The notes below the pieces were generated by a model, which saw only the letters and a program-made list of their open reading frames with translations, was not told where the DNA came from and made no database searches. Positions 30,480 to 38,359 of a stretch of DNA of 64,000 bases are shown here, piece by piece. The position numbers and the translations under genes were made by a program. Each line of letters opens with the position of its first letter. Within the stretch, counting starts at the first letter, position 1. The stretch lies in the NCBI GenBank assembly GCA_963703225.1, contig OY969801.1, positions 1,024,001 to 1,088,000 on the forward strand, in the 5' to 3' direction. This DNA is from Candidatus Eiseniibacteriota bacterium. GTDB taxonomy: Bacteria; Eisenbacteria; RBG-16-71-46; SZUA-252.

Positions 30480-31367
30480 ATGAGACCCGCGATCCGCATC
30501 GCCCTCTTCGGCAAGTTTTCGGTCCACATGGGGAGTGAAGTCCTGCTCGATCACGCCCCCCACAAGGCTCAAGAACTCCTCGCTTACCTGACGCTCCACC
30601 GCGGCAAAGCACACCCCCGGGATACCCTGGCAGAGCTGCTCTGGGGTCATCAGGACACGCCCAACTCTCGGAAGTACCTCCGCCAAGCCCTTTGGCAACT
30701 CCATTCGGGACTCGTTGCCGTCGGTCGGGGACGAGCGGCCCATCTGCTCCGGGCGGAATCAGACTGGCTCGAGCTCGCGTTCGACGATGGGGTGGATGCC
30801 GACGTCGCCCGGTTCGAGGAGGCATTTGCGGTGGTCAATGGTGGTCGGAGCGAAGCGCTCAATCCGGAGTGCGCCCGGGGCCTCGCGGAGACCGCTCGGG
30901 TCTACCGCGGTGATCTCCTCGAGGGCTGGGATGTGGAGTGGTGCGGCTACGACCGAGAGCGGTTCCGCCGGATGTATCTCGCGGTCCTCGACAAGTTATG
31001 CGACTACTACCAGGCGCGCCACGAGTACGAAGCCGCCATCGCCTATGCGACGCTCTCGCTGAGCAGCGATCCGGCGCGGGAGCGGAGCCACCGGAGCCTT
31101 ATGAGTTCACTCGCCATGTCTGGCGATCGGTGTGCCGCGTTGCGCCAGTACGCGCGCTGCGTCGAGGCGCTGCGCGAGGAAGCAGGGGTCGATCCGGAGC
31201 CGGAAACCGTGGTGCTCGAGCAAACGATTCGAGCGGGACAGGTCGCGGGAGCGGTGCGCGAACGGTTCAACGGGACCAATGGGGGAGGACCGGCGGGTTC
31301 TTCCGGGGAGTTATCGGTCGTAGCTTCGGCCCGGCGAGCCCAGGGAGCCCGCGCTCGCCAGAACTGA
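30480..31367 (+). CDS. Small SARP-family transcriptional activator (wHTH + BTAD)
   Basis: IALFGKF, LLAYL, RDTLAELLW, YRGDLLEG, DPARERSHRSLM, GVDPEPET. Confidence 0.9.
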   Translation: MRPAIRIALFGKFSVHMGSEVLLDHAPHKAQELLAYLTLHRGKAHPRDTLAELLWGHQDTPNSRKYLRQALWQLHSGLVAVGRGRAAHLLRAESDWLELAFDDGVDADVARFEEAFAVVNGGRSEALNPECARGLAETARVYRGDLLEGWDVEWCGYDRERFRRMYLAVLDKLCDYYQARHEYEAAIAYATLSLSSDPARERSHRSLMSSLAMSGDRCAALRQYARCVEALREEAGVDPEPETVVLEQTIRAGQVAGAVRERFNGTNGGGPAGSSGELSVVASARRAQGARARQN

Positions 31368-31408
31368 CGGTGGGGGGCTGGGGCCCGACCGGATTCAGTC
31401 CGGTCGGG

Positions 31409-31804
31409 TCATCCGGTGCGCTGCGGCGCTGGTGCGAGGCCCTGGTCTCCGGGGTCGAGGTAGAATTCGTAGTCGACGGAACGTGTGGGAACGGTCCGGG
31501 AGATCCGCAACCGGAGCTGGACCCATTCGAGCGTTGAAGTCGGATCGATTCGCGCCTCGGGGACGATAGCCAGGCCTGCCGCTCTCGATCCGCTTAGCGC
31601 GGATGACTGCTGCGCGATCACATGCCAGCCCCCACCCGAATCGGGATTCACGGCCCCGCCGGGACAGAACGCTTCTAGCAAGAGACTCACACTGCCTTCT
31701 CCCCGCACCTCCAACTCGTAGCGGTACTGCCCTGGCTTCCGCCAGAGCGTGTACGTGTCGGCGCGATCCTGACCGTCGAGGGTGCCTCGGACTTTCGGCG
31801 ACAT
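31409..31804 (-). CDS. Hypothetical beta-rich protein
   Basis: GGAGG RBS upstream of ATG; protein-like composition; downstream of the minus-strand repeat promoter. Confidence 0.55.
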   Translation of the reverse strand: MSPKVRGTLDGQDRADTYTLWRKPGQYRYELEVRGEGSVSLLLEAFCPGGAVNPDSGGGWHVIAQQSSALSGSRAAGLAIVPEARIDPTSTLEWVQLRLRISRTVPTRSVDYEFYLDPGDQGLAPAPQRTG

Positions 31805-31909
31805 GACCGTCGCTGCCTCCGTGGGGCACGGGAATCGGGGCGATTGGATACCGCAGGCGGGCAACCACCAGCCCGTGCAGCGACTCCGGACTACACCCCC
31901 TGCCTAAAG

Positions 31910-32032
31910 ACAGTAGAAACCGGAGCGTCTCTATGGCGTCTGTTTGAGCGTCTCAGTGGTTAGAAAAGTGCAGCCACGACCGGAGCGAGAGACGCGAACG
32001 AGACGATTCGATAGACGCCCACCTTGTAGTGT
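31910..32032. promoter_or_regulatory. Divergent promoter with two mirror-image triplets of AGACG repeats (putative SARP boxes)
   Basis: GCGTCT at 31925/31936/31948 and AGACG at 31990/32001/32013 (11 and 12 bp spacing), each triplet followed by a TAnnnT -10 (TACTGT, TAGTGT). Confidence 0.68.
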
Positions 32033-32082
32033 CTGACGCAATGAGTATCACGAGTCCTCGGACTGAAAGGATGGGTTTCGCC

Positions 32083-32790
32083 ATGGCATCTGCCGGTTTG
32101 CCGACCATGCGACATGCGATCGCGCTGCTCGCGGCAGCGATACTGTGCGGTTGTGCGCCGACGCGGACGCCGCTCCCGGCAACACCGCCCACGGCGCCTA
32201 AGGTGGAGGTGACGACCTCCCGGGAGGGTTGGCCACCGCGTCCCGTCGATCGTAGCGAGATCCGCGTCGTGGAATCGACGACTGTCGCCGGGGATCTCTC
32301 GGACTCCCTCGCCCGAGAAGCCCGCGCGACCGTGGAGCGTGATCCACGGGCTCGCACGGCGCTTGGTGCCCGCTGGGCGTACGTTGAGGTCGATCCCGTT
32401 GAGGCGGAGAAGGGCGCGCAGGCCCCGGCCCTCGCGACCTACCGCGCGTGGTACTTCAGCCATTCTTACAACACCGCACTGGAAGTACGCCTGCGGGGAT
32501 CGGTTGTGACGGAGATTCGACGGGACCCCAGCTACTCCCCGCCGGAGGGAAGAGCCGAGGTTGACTCGGCCCTAGCGCTCGCACGGACCGATCCGCGGCT
32601 CCAGGGCCGAGTGGAGGGTCTTCGTGGACAAGGAATCGTCACCTACCCGGCGAAGGGGCAACCCGGCTACGGCCACCGGGTGCTACATGTCACGTTCTTC
32701 CGCGCCGACGAGGATCTCGCGCCCTTTGCCGCGATCGTGGACTTGACCGATCGTATTGTGCTCCGCGCTGTCGCACGCGGAGGGAGGTAG
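32083..32790 (+). CDS. Lipoprotein, possibly equivalent to copper amine oxidase N-terminal domains
   Basis: Lipobox ILCGC; two repeated helix+sheet modules ending A.VDL...V; 3 bp from the next gene; start uncertain. Confidence 0.65.
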   Translation: MASAGLPTMRHAIALLAAAILCGCAPTRTPLPATPPTAPKVEVTTSREGWPPRPVDRSEIRVVESTTVAGDLSDSLAREARATVERDPRARTALGARWAYVEVDPVEAEKGAQAPALATYRAWYFSHSYNTALEVRLRGSVVTEIRRDPSYSPPEGRAEVDSALALARTDPRLQGRVEGLRGQGIVTYPAKGQPGYGHRVLHVTFFRADEDLAPFAAIVDLTDRIVLRAVARGGR

Positions 32791-32793
32791 CCC

Positions 32794-33705
32794 ATGCGAC
32801 TCTATCGCCATACGCTATCTACGCTCGCAGCAATCAGTGCGCTCCTCAACTGGTCGGGGTCCTCGCTTGCGCACTCAGGGCATACCGTCTGGGGCGCCTG
32901 GACATTTGACTGGGAGGTCCGCAACGACGCAGGCCTCGGGCTTCGAAACCTTTACTTCGACGGGAAGCTCGTCGCCTACAAGATGAGCCTCCCGGTGATC
33001 CGGGTTCGTTACGACGGGGACCAGTGCGGTCCCTACGCCGATCGGATCAACTGGGACAATCTCGTCGACATCTCCAACTGCGGCGGTGCCAAGGTTTGTC
33101 AGGAATCCTACTCCTCGGGTGGGCGGAACTGGCTCGAGATCGGCATCCTGGCGCGCATCGGTGCCTATCGACTGTACGACGCTTACTACCTGAGCCATGA
33201 CGGGTGGATCACCTGCCGCCTCTGGAGCCGGGGGCTCCAGTGCGAGGTGGACCACAACCACCACCCCTACTGGCGCTTCGACTTCGACATCGACGGCGCC
33301 GCGTCTGACCAAGTCTTCGTCTACGACTCCAACCGATCGAGCGAAGGGTGGGGTCCTGGCTGGCATAAGTACACCACCGAGCTAAACACCGTGAAAAACC
33401 CATCGACCAACCGAATGTGGTTTCAGCGGGACAGCCGAACGGGGGACGGAGTCTGGGTGATTCCTGGTCCCGATGGGGTGTCAGACTCCTTCGCCGGAGT
33501 GGACGTGGCACCTCGTCGCTACCACTTTGCGGAGGATGTGGCGTGGGCCTTCGGTGCCTGGGGGGAGGTGGGATACCTCGACTACGAGACTATCCAGGAG
33601 CAAGACGACATCACCTGGTACATCGCGCACCTCCACCACGAGGAGGAGGACGGCGAGGATCAGTGGCACTGGGCCGGACCGTGGCTCAAGGTGAGTCGCC
33701 CCTAG
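32794..33705 (+). CDS. Secreted copper amine oxidase-like catalytic domain protein
   Basis: Signal peptide; RIGAYRLYDAYYLSHDGWI, HNHHPYWRFDFDIDG and DDITWYIAHLHH parallel CuAO motifs. Confidence 0.7.
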   Translation: MRLYRHTLSTLAAISALLNWSGSSLAHSGHTVWGAWTFDWEVRNDAGLGLRNLYFDGKLVAYKMSLPVIRVRYDGDQCGPYADRINWDNLVDISNCGGAKVCQESYSSGGRNWLEIGILARIGAYRLYDAYYLSHDGWITCRLWSRGLQCEVDHNHHPYWRFDFDIDGAASDQVFVYDSNRSSEGWGPGWHKYTTELNTVKNPSTNRMWFQRDSRTGDGVWVIPGPDGVSDSFAGVDVAPRRYHFAEDVAWAFGAWGEVGYLDYETIQEQDDITWYIAHLHHEEEDGEDQWHWAGPWLKVSRP

Positions 33706-33765
33706 ATTCGACTACAACGCGAGGAGAGTTGTCATGCCGCTAACTCGATCTGAAGGAGGGTGAAC

Positions 33766-33969
33766 GTGGAGAAGAAACCGTCGGGACTGTCATTTGAATT
33801 GAGCCCTGAACAGCTGAGGGAACTGAGGCCCATCATTGATGCCACCGGGAAGGTCAAGATTGCGGGCACACTCGAGGGCAATCGGCTAAAAGTCTCCTTC
33901 CTCGCGTGCAACGCAGCCTTCCTCGCGTGCAATGCGGCATTCAAGCTCGAGGGTGGTTCCAGCATATAG
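33766..33969 (+). CDS. 67-aa peptide with tandem FLACNAA repeat; putative RiPP precursor
   Basis: AAGGAGG RBS 6 nt before GTG; the two repeat copies differ only at synonymous positions. Confidence 0.72.
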   Translation: MEKKPSGLSFELSPEQLRELRPIIDATGKVKIAGTLEGNRLKVSFLACNAAFLACNAAFKLEGGSSI

Positions 33970-33977
33970 CGACAGTG

Positions 33978-34775
33978 ATGCCTGCCCTTCGGAGCCACCC
34001 AGATCATCTTGCCGATCTCCTCGAAGCTGTCCGGACATACGCCGGTGAAGAGCTCGGAAGCTACGGTGATTTCCTGAGCGCGGCATTCGATGACGTATGC
34101 CCGGTGTTTTTCTGCCGACGTTACGCCGAGTTCTTTTGGCATTGTGCCTGCACGGTCCCAGGGTGGATAGCGAGGGTTGTGCTGGCCAATGCGTCAAAAG
34201 AGAGCGAGGGATCGACAAAGCTGTTCGCTCTTTGGAAGCAGGTGGGTCAAAACGAAGCGGTGGAGAAGGGCGTCTTGGTCCATGCAAGAGACGAGTCACG
34301 ACACGCCCAGTTGTTTGTCGAACTCTCCGGCCGCGCATTTCCGATGATGTTCCGGCCATCGGATCTCGAGAGGTTTCGAGCGAGCCTGCCTGACGTCAGG
34401 CGCTCCTCCCCTGTGAAGTCGGAGAAGTCCATAGGGGAGCCCGAGCTCATCGATCATCTCGTGCAGATGAATATCGGTGAGATTCGCACTCGCATTCACG
34501 TGCATCTACTGGCTCCGGTAATCAGCGTCATGGCGCCCGAAAGCGAACGCGACAGGGTTCGGACAACACTCACCTGTCTCGAGCGTGATGAGGTCCGTCA
34601 CATCGGTTATACAGCGAAATTGATGGAGAATTGGGCCAGAGGAGGCGATGCCAAGCTTGTGCGGGGCCTGTACAAGCGCAGGCTGCACGAGTTCAACATT
34701 ATCACCCTTCGGGAATCCGAGGCAGCGGTACGGTCATATGGTCAGGGGCGATTTCCTGAGCTCCTTGAGATTTGA
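33978..34775 (+). CDS. Ferritin-like diiron protein (putative peptide-modifying oxidase)
   Basis: E(KESEG)...DESRH...E(NIGEIR)...DEVRH four-helix-bundle ligand pattern; 8 bp after the peptide gene. Confidence 0.8.
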   Translation: MPALRSHPDHLADLLEAVRTYAGEELGSYGDFLSAAFDDVCPVFFCRRYAEFFWHCACTVPGWIARVVLANASKESEGSTKLFALWKQVGQNEAVEKGVLVHARDESRHAQLFVELSGRAFPMMFRPSDLERFRASLPDVRRSSPVKSEKSIGEPELIDHLVQMNIGEIRTRIHVHLLAPVISVMAPESERDRVRTTLTCLERDEVRHIGYTAKLMENWARGGDAKLVRGLYKRRLHEFNIITLRESEAAVRSYGQGRFPELLEI

Positions 34776-35060
34776 GACCAGTAAGTGGCTTGGTGCGTCA
34801 ATGAGTGGAAGGCACTCCGCGGTGGAGTGGGTTCCTTAAGAAGATGGGACTCAAGGAACGAGTTCGCCGACTTGCGTGAGCCCGCTTCGCCGCCGATCAA
34901 TGGCTCGGAACCACCTTCGCCTTTCGTAGGCTCAGCCCGTCGAGCGAGACGATGTACTCCCGGTTGGCGGAATCAAACTTCACCGTGTATGAGGTTGGGT
35001 AATAGCCCGGTTTGGCGAAGGCCGGCGGCTGCTTCACCTCGGCCGTGAAGTCGGGCCTGG

Positions 35061-35231
35061 CCGAAGGGCGCCCAGATGCAAGTGATCGTCCAGATGCCGG
35101 AAATCATCCGCTACGCGACGTCGAAGCTCATCTTGGGCCAGGCGATTGGCGCGGGGATCGGCGCAGTGGTTTGCTTCGGCTTCAGCCTCTTGATCACTTC
35201 GAAGCGTCGGAAGACGTCTGCCACCGTCTAG
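35061..35231 (+). pseudogene. 3' fragment paralogous to the small membrane protein gene at 38065-38343
   Basis: Nucleotide similarity to 38173-38343 (PKGAQMQVIVQMPEIIRYATSKLILGQAIGAG...*); no 5' end. Confidence 0.8.
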
Positions 35232-35263
35232 CGGGTCGGTGGCTCGAACCCCTCGCCCCCTAC

Positions 35264-35908
35264 TCAGCGACCGGTCAATTGCTCCAGGGTCTCGGGGTAT
35301 CGAGCTCCTTGCACGTTGAAGGTCGAGGCCGCCCTCTCGATCTCACGGAGGTCATCAGAGGTAAGTTCGATTGCAACGGCTCCCATGTTCTCGTCCAGGC
35401 GCTCCAGCATTCGGGTGCCCGGGATGGGAACGATCCAGGGCTTCTGTGCCAGCAGCCAAGCGAGCGCGATCTGGGCCGGCGTCGCCTTCTTCCGTCTTGC
35501 AATCTGTCCCAGCAGGTCGACCAAGGCCTGATTCGCCTCGCGAGCTTCCGGCGTGAACCGAGGGAGATTGTTGCGGAAGTCGGAACTGTCGAACGTTGTG
35601 TTCTCGTTGATCTTCCCCGTGAGGAACCCGCGACCGAGAGGGCTATAGGGAACAAAGCCGATGCCGAGTTCCTCTAGCGTCGGCAGCAATGGCGGCGAGG
35701 GCTTCGCCCAAGAGTTCCTCGTTCGCGAACGGACCGTAGACCTCGGCGGTGTGTCGAAGAACGTGACGCCTCGTTCCACGGCTGTCCGAAGAAGAGAGAC
35801 CATCTGCTGCCGATCCCCGGCGGGGCCGTAGGACATGCTCATTCCCATGCAGCCAAGGCCCAGGGCCGACACTTCCAGCCCGCTCGTTCCAAGTTTGCGT
35901 TTCTGCAT
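35264..35908 (-). pseudogene. Aldo/keto reductase pseudogene (frameshift plus large internal deletion)
   Basis: LGLGCMGMS N-terminus; extra AC near 35751 shifts DTAEVYGP out of frame; jump to LEELGIGFVPYSPLGRG; central catalytic region absent. Confidence 0.85.
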
Positions 35909-36114
35909 GATTTCTCCTTGAGGGCGAGATCGTTCTCCTGCTGACGGGTACGAGTCTAGATCACGCGCCCTTCGGGTGCCTCTTGCGGAATGAGCGGCCG
36001 GTCTGCTGGCGCCCGACCGCCGAGCACTGTGGGCCCTGGCCCCCTTGCCGCGAATCGGCTATCCTCTTTGCCCCAACCCACGACGCGCACTAACCTTGGT
36101 CGGGAGAGCCATTC

Positions 36115-37029
36115 ATGAGTCGCTACGCCTCTCATGCCCGGATCGACGTGCCCTGGTTTGCCCTTCTTATCGCCTCGATCGTTTGCGTGATTCTCGCGCC
36201 GTACGCCGTCGCAGGCATCAATCCTCTCAAGAAGGCTAAGGACGCGGTCACGAAGCCCGCGGAAAAGAAGGCCGCGCCGACGGCGCAAAGCGACGAGCAG
36301 GTTGTGTTCGATGAAGTAACCCTGGAGCTAACGAATTCACGGCTCGATGCAATGCTCTCCGCGTGCAAGAAGGCAGCCGATGCGGCCGCCGGTCGCCCGG
36401 CTCTCGTGGAGAAGCTCAACAAGACGAGCGACGAGCGCGGCAAGCTGGATGAGAAGCAAGGCGAGGCGGTCCGAGAGCTTCAGAGGAAGCGGGGTGACGT
36501 CGAGGTCTGTTACCACGACGAATACCACAAGTTGATGGATAAGCGGAGGCAGGAGTACGCGGCGAAAGCCACAACGGATCCTGCGATTCTTCAGAAGTTC
36601 TCCCAACTCGCTCAAGAGCAGGCCATGGCCAACGCAAAAGGTGACACCGCAAGCCTCCAGAGAATCAACGACGCCATGATGCAAATGATGGCGCTGACAA
36701 AGGACGATTCACTCAGGGTGAAGCAGAAGTGCGGCCCGATCCCTCCCCACTCGGCGGCAGAGGACCAGCTCGAGGCCTTTGACAAGCAGATTGCGTCACT
36801 CAACGAACAGATCCGAGTGGTCGACGAGAACGTCGCCAAGGCGCTGGCCAAGGCGGGCGGGATGACCCAGGAGCAGTGGGGCGTGGCGCGCGAACGGCTC
36901 CTGGGTTACATCCCCTCGCCCGGAAAGGAGCCCCCAGCAGACCCCCAGGGGTTCAGCGACGACGAGATTGATGCCCTGGAGAAACACCTCGACCAGCTGC
37001 GTGACGCACACAGTAGCTCCTGCTTGTAG
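36115..37029 (+). CDS. Hypothetical exported helical protein
   Basis: Signal peptide; coiled-coil composition; several Cys. Confidence 0.7.
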   Translation: MSRYASHARIDVPWFALLIASIVCVILAPYAVAGINPLKKAKDAVTKPAEKKAAPTAQSDEQVVFDEVTLELTNSRLDAMLSACKKAADAAAGRPALVEKLNKTSDERGKLDEKQGEAVRELQRKRGDVEVCYHDEYHKLMDKRRQEYAAKATTDPAILQKFSQLAQEQAMANAKGDTASLQRINDAMMQMMALTKDDSLRVKQKCGPIPPHSAAEDQLEAFDKQIASLNEQIRVVDENVAKALAKAGGMTQEQWGVARERLLGYIPSPGKEPPADPQGFSDDEIDALEKHLDQLRDAHSSSCL

Positions 37030-38005
37030 CGCGCGTCGTTGCGCCCTTGCCGCGGCGATCGTAGTCCTCTGCGGCGCTGGGTGCGCGCCCGAGTCCGTCG
37101 AACGCCCGCGCTCGACCTTGTCGGTCCTGCAAGCTGGCGCGTGGCGCGAGTTCTGGCGCTCCGACCGAGCCCCCGCCCGTTGGATGGGCCCCGACTCGTC
37201 GCTCGTCCGCTCGCTGGGCTGGCAGAAGCTCTCCCCGGGTCTGGAGTGGGCCAGCACGAGGCTTGCTTGCGGCGCTCCCGCATGGCGCCAGAGGCTCATC
37301 GTGGCGCGCCTCGATCCGCGCGAGGTGCGGCTCAGCCTCGAGATGGATCTCACCCGGGAGGACATGCGCCCCGCGTGGTCGACCGACCGGGCCCCAGGTG
37401 ACGCGATCCTCGCGGTGAACGCGGGCCAGTTCGTGAGCGCGATGCCCTGGGGATGGGTGCTGATCGATGGACGCCAGCGTCTCCGCCCCGGAACGGGTCC
37501 CCTCGCCAGCGCCATCGCGATCGATGCCGACGGTGGCGTGCGCTGGACCCACGGCGACTCGCTCGCCGATCTGTCCGGCGTGGTCACGGGGTTTCAGTCC
37601 TACCCCACGCTGCTCGCCGGCGACGGCGTCGTGCCGCCCGCCCTTCGAACGCCCGGTGGGGGCGTGAACTTGACCCATCGCGACGCGCGACTGGCGCTGG
37701 GAGAGACCCGGGACGGCCACCTGCTCATCGCGATGACGCGCTTCGACGCGATGGGCGAAGCGGCCGGTCAGGTTCCCTTAGGTCCCACCACACCGGAAAT
37801 GGCCGCGATCATGGGAGCCCTCGGAGCCCGTGACGCGGTCATGCTCGACGGCGGCATCTCGGCGCAGCTGCTCTTGAGGGATCCCGCTCGCAATCCCGCC
37901 CTCGAGTGGCGGGGCCTGCGCCGGGTCCCGCTCGCCCTCATCGCGAGGGTGCGCAGGGCGCCGATAGACGAAAGCAGAGGCGGTCAACAAGGCGGCGTGA
38001 GATGA
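36968..38005 (+). CDS. Phosphodiester glycosidase (NAGPA/DUF2233) family protein
   Basis: LAVNAGQF, FQSYPTL, DARLALG, AVMLDGGIS; lipobox-like GAGC; start uncertain. Confidence 0.8.
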   Translation: MMPWRNTSTSCVTHTVAPACSARRCALAAAIVVLCGAGCAPESVERPRSTLSVLQAGAWREFWRSDRAPARWMGPDSSLVRSLGWQKLSPGLEWASTRLACGAPAWRQRLIVARLDPREVRLSLEMDLTREDMRPAWSTDRAPGDAILAVNAGQFVSAMPWGWVLIDGRQRLRPGTGPLASAIAIDADGGVRWTHGDSLADLSGVVTGFQSYPTLLAGDGVVPPALRTPGGGVNLTHRDARLALGETRDGHLLIAMTRFDAMGEAAGQVPLGPTTPEMAAIMGALGARDAVMLDGGISAQLLLRDPARNPALEWRGLRRVPLALIARVRRAPIDESRGGQQGGVR

Positions 38006-38064
38006 TGCCCGGAATCGAATGATGCGGTGATGCGTTGGGTTGCGTTCCCACTGAGGGCTTCGAC

Positions 38065-38343
38065 ATGAAAACGCATGTGATCTTCCTGCTGCTAGGCGCC
38101 CTCCTGGGCGCGGCCCTGGCTTCGGTTGTCGTGCCGCCGACCCTCTCGTGGTACGCGTCGCCGGGGGGGATGCCGAAGGGCGCGCAGGTGCAGGTGGTCG
38201 TCCAGATGCCGGAAGTCATCCACTACGCGACGTCGAAGCTCATCATGGGCCAGGCGATTGGCGCGGGGGTCGGTGCGGTGGCTTGCTTCGGGTTCAGCCT
38301 CTTCCTCGCGTCGAAACGCCGGAAGAAGTCCGCGGTCGTCTAG
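38065..38343 (+). CDS. Small two-TM membrane protein
   Basis: Two hydrophobic segments and a basic C-terminal tail; paralogous fragment at 35061-35231. Confidence 0.7.
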   Translation: MKTHVIFLLLGALLGAALASVVVPPTLSWYASPGGMPKGAQVQVVVQMPEVIHYATSKLIMGQAIGAGVGAVACFGFSLFLASKRRKKSAVV

Positions 38344-38359
38344 GAGAGGTGCATGTCGG

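Noticed and set aside
31921..32020. Short repeats considered as a CRISPR array or iterons
   Set aside because: Units are only 5-6 bp with no unique spacers, and no cas or rep gene is nearby.
33732..34142. Minus-strand ORF with an AALHARK repeat
   Set aside because: Antisense shadow of the FLACNAA peptide gene; the plus-strand ORF has the RBS and the synonymous-site pattern.
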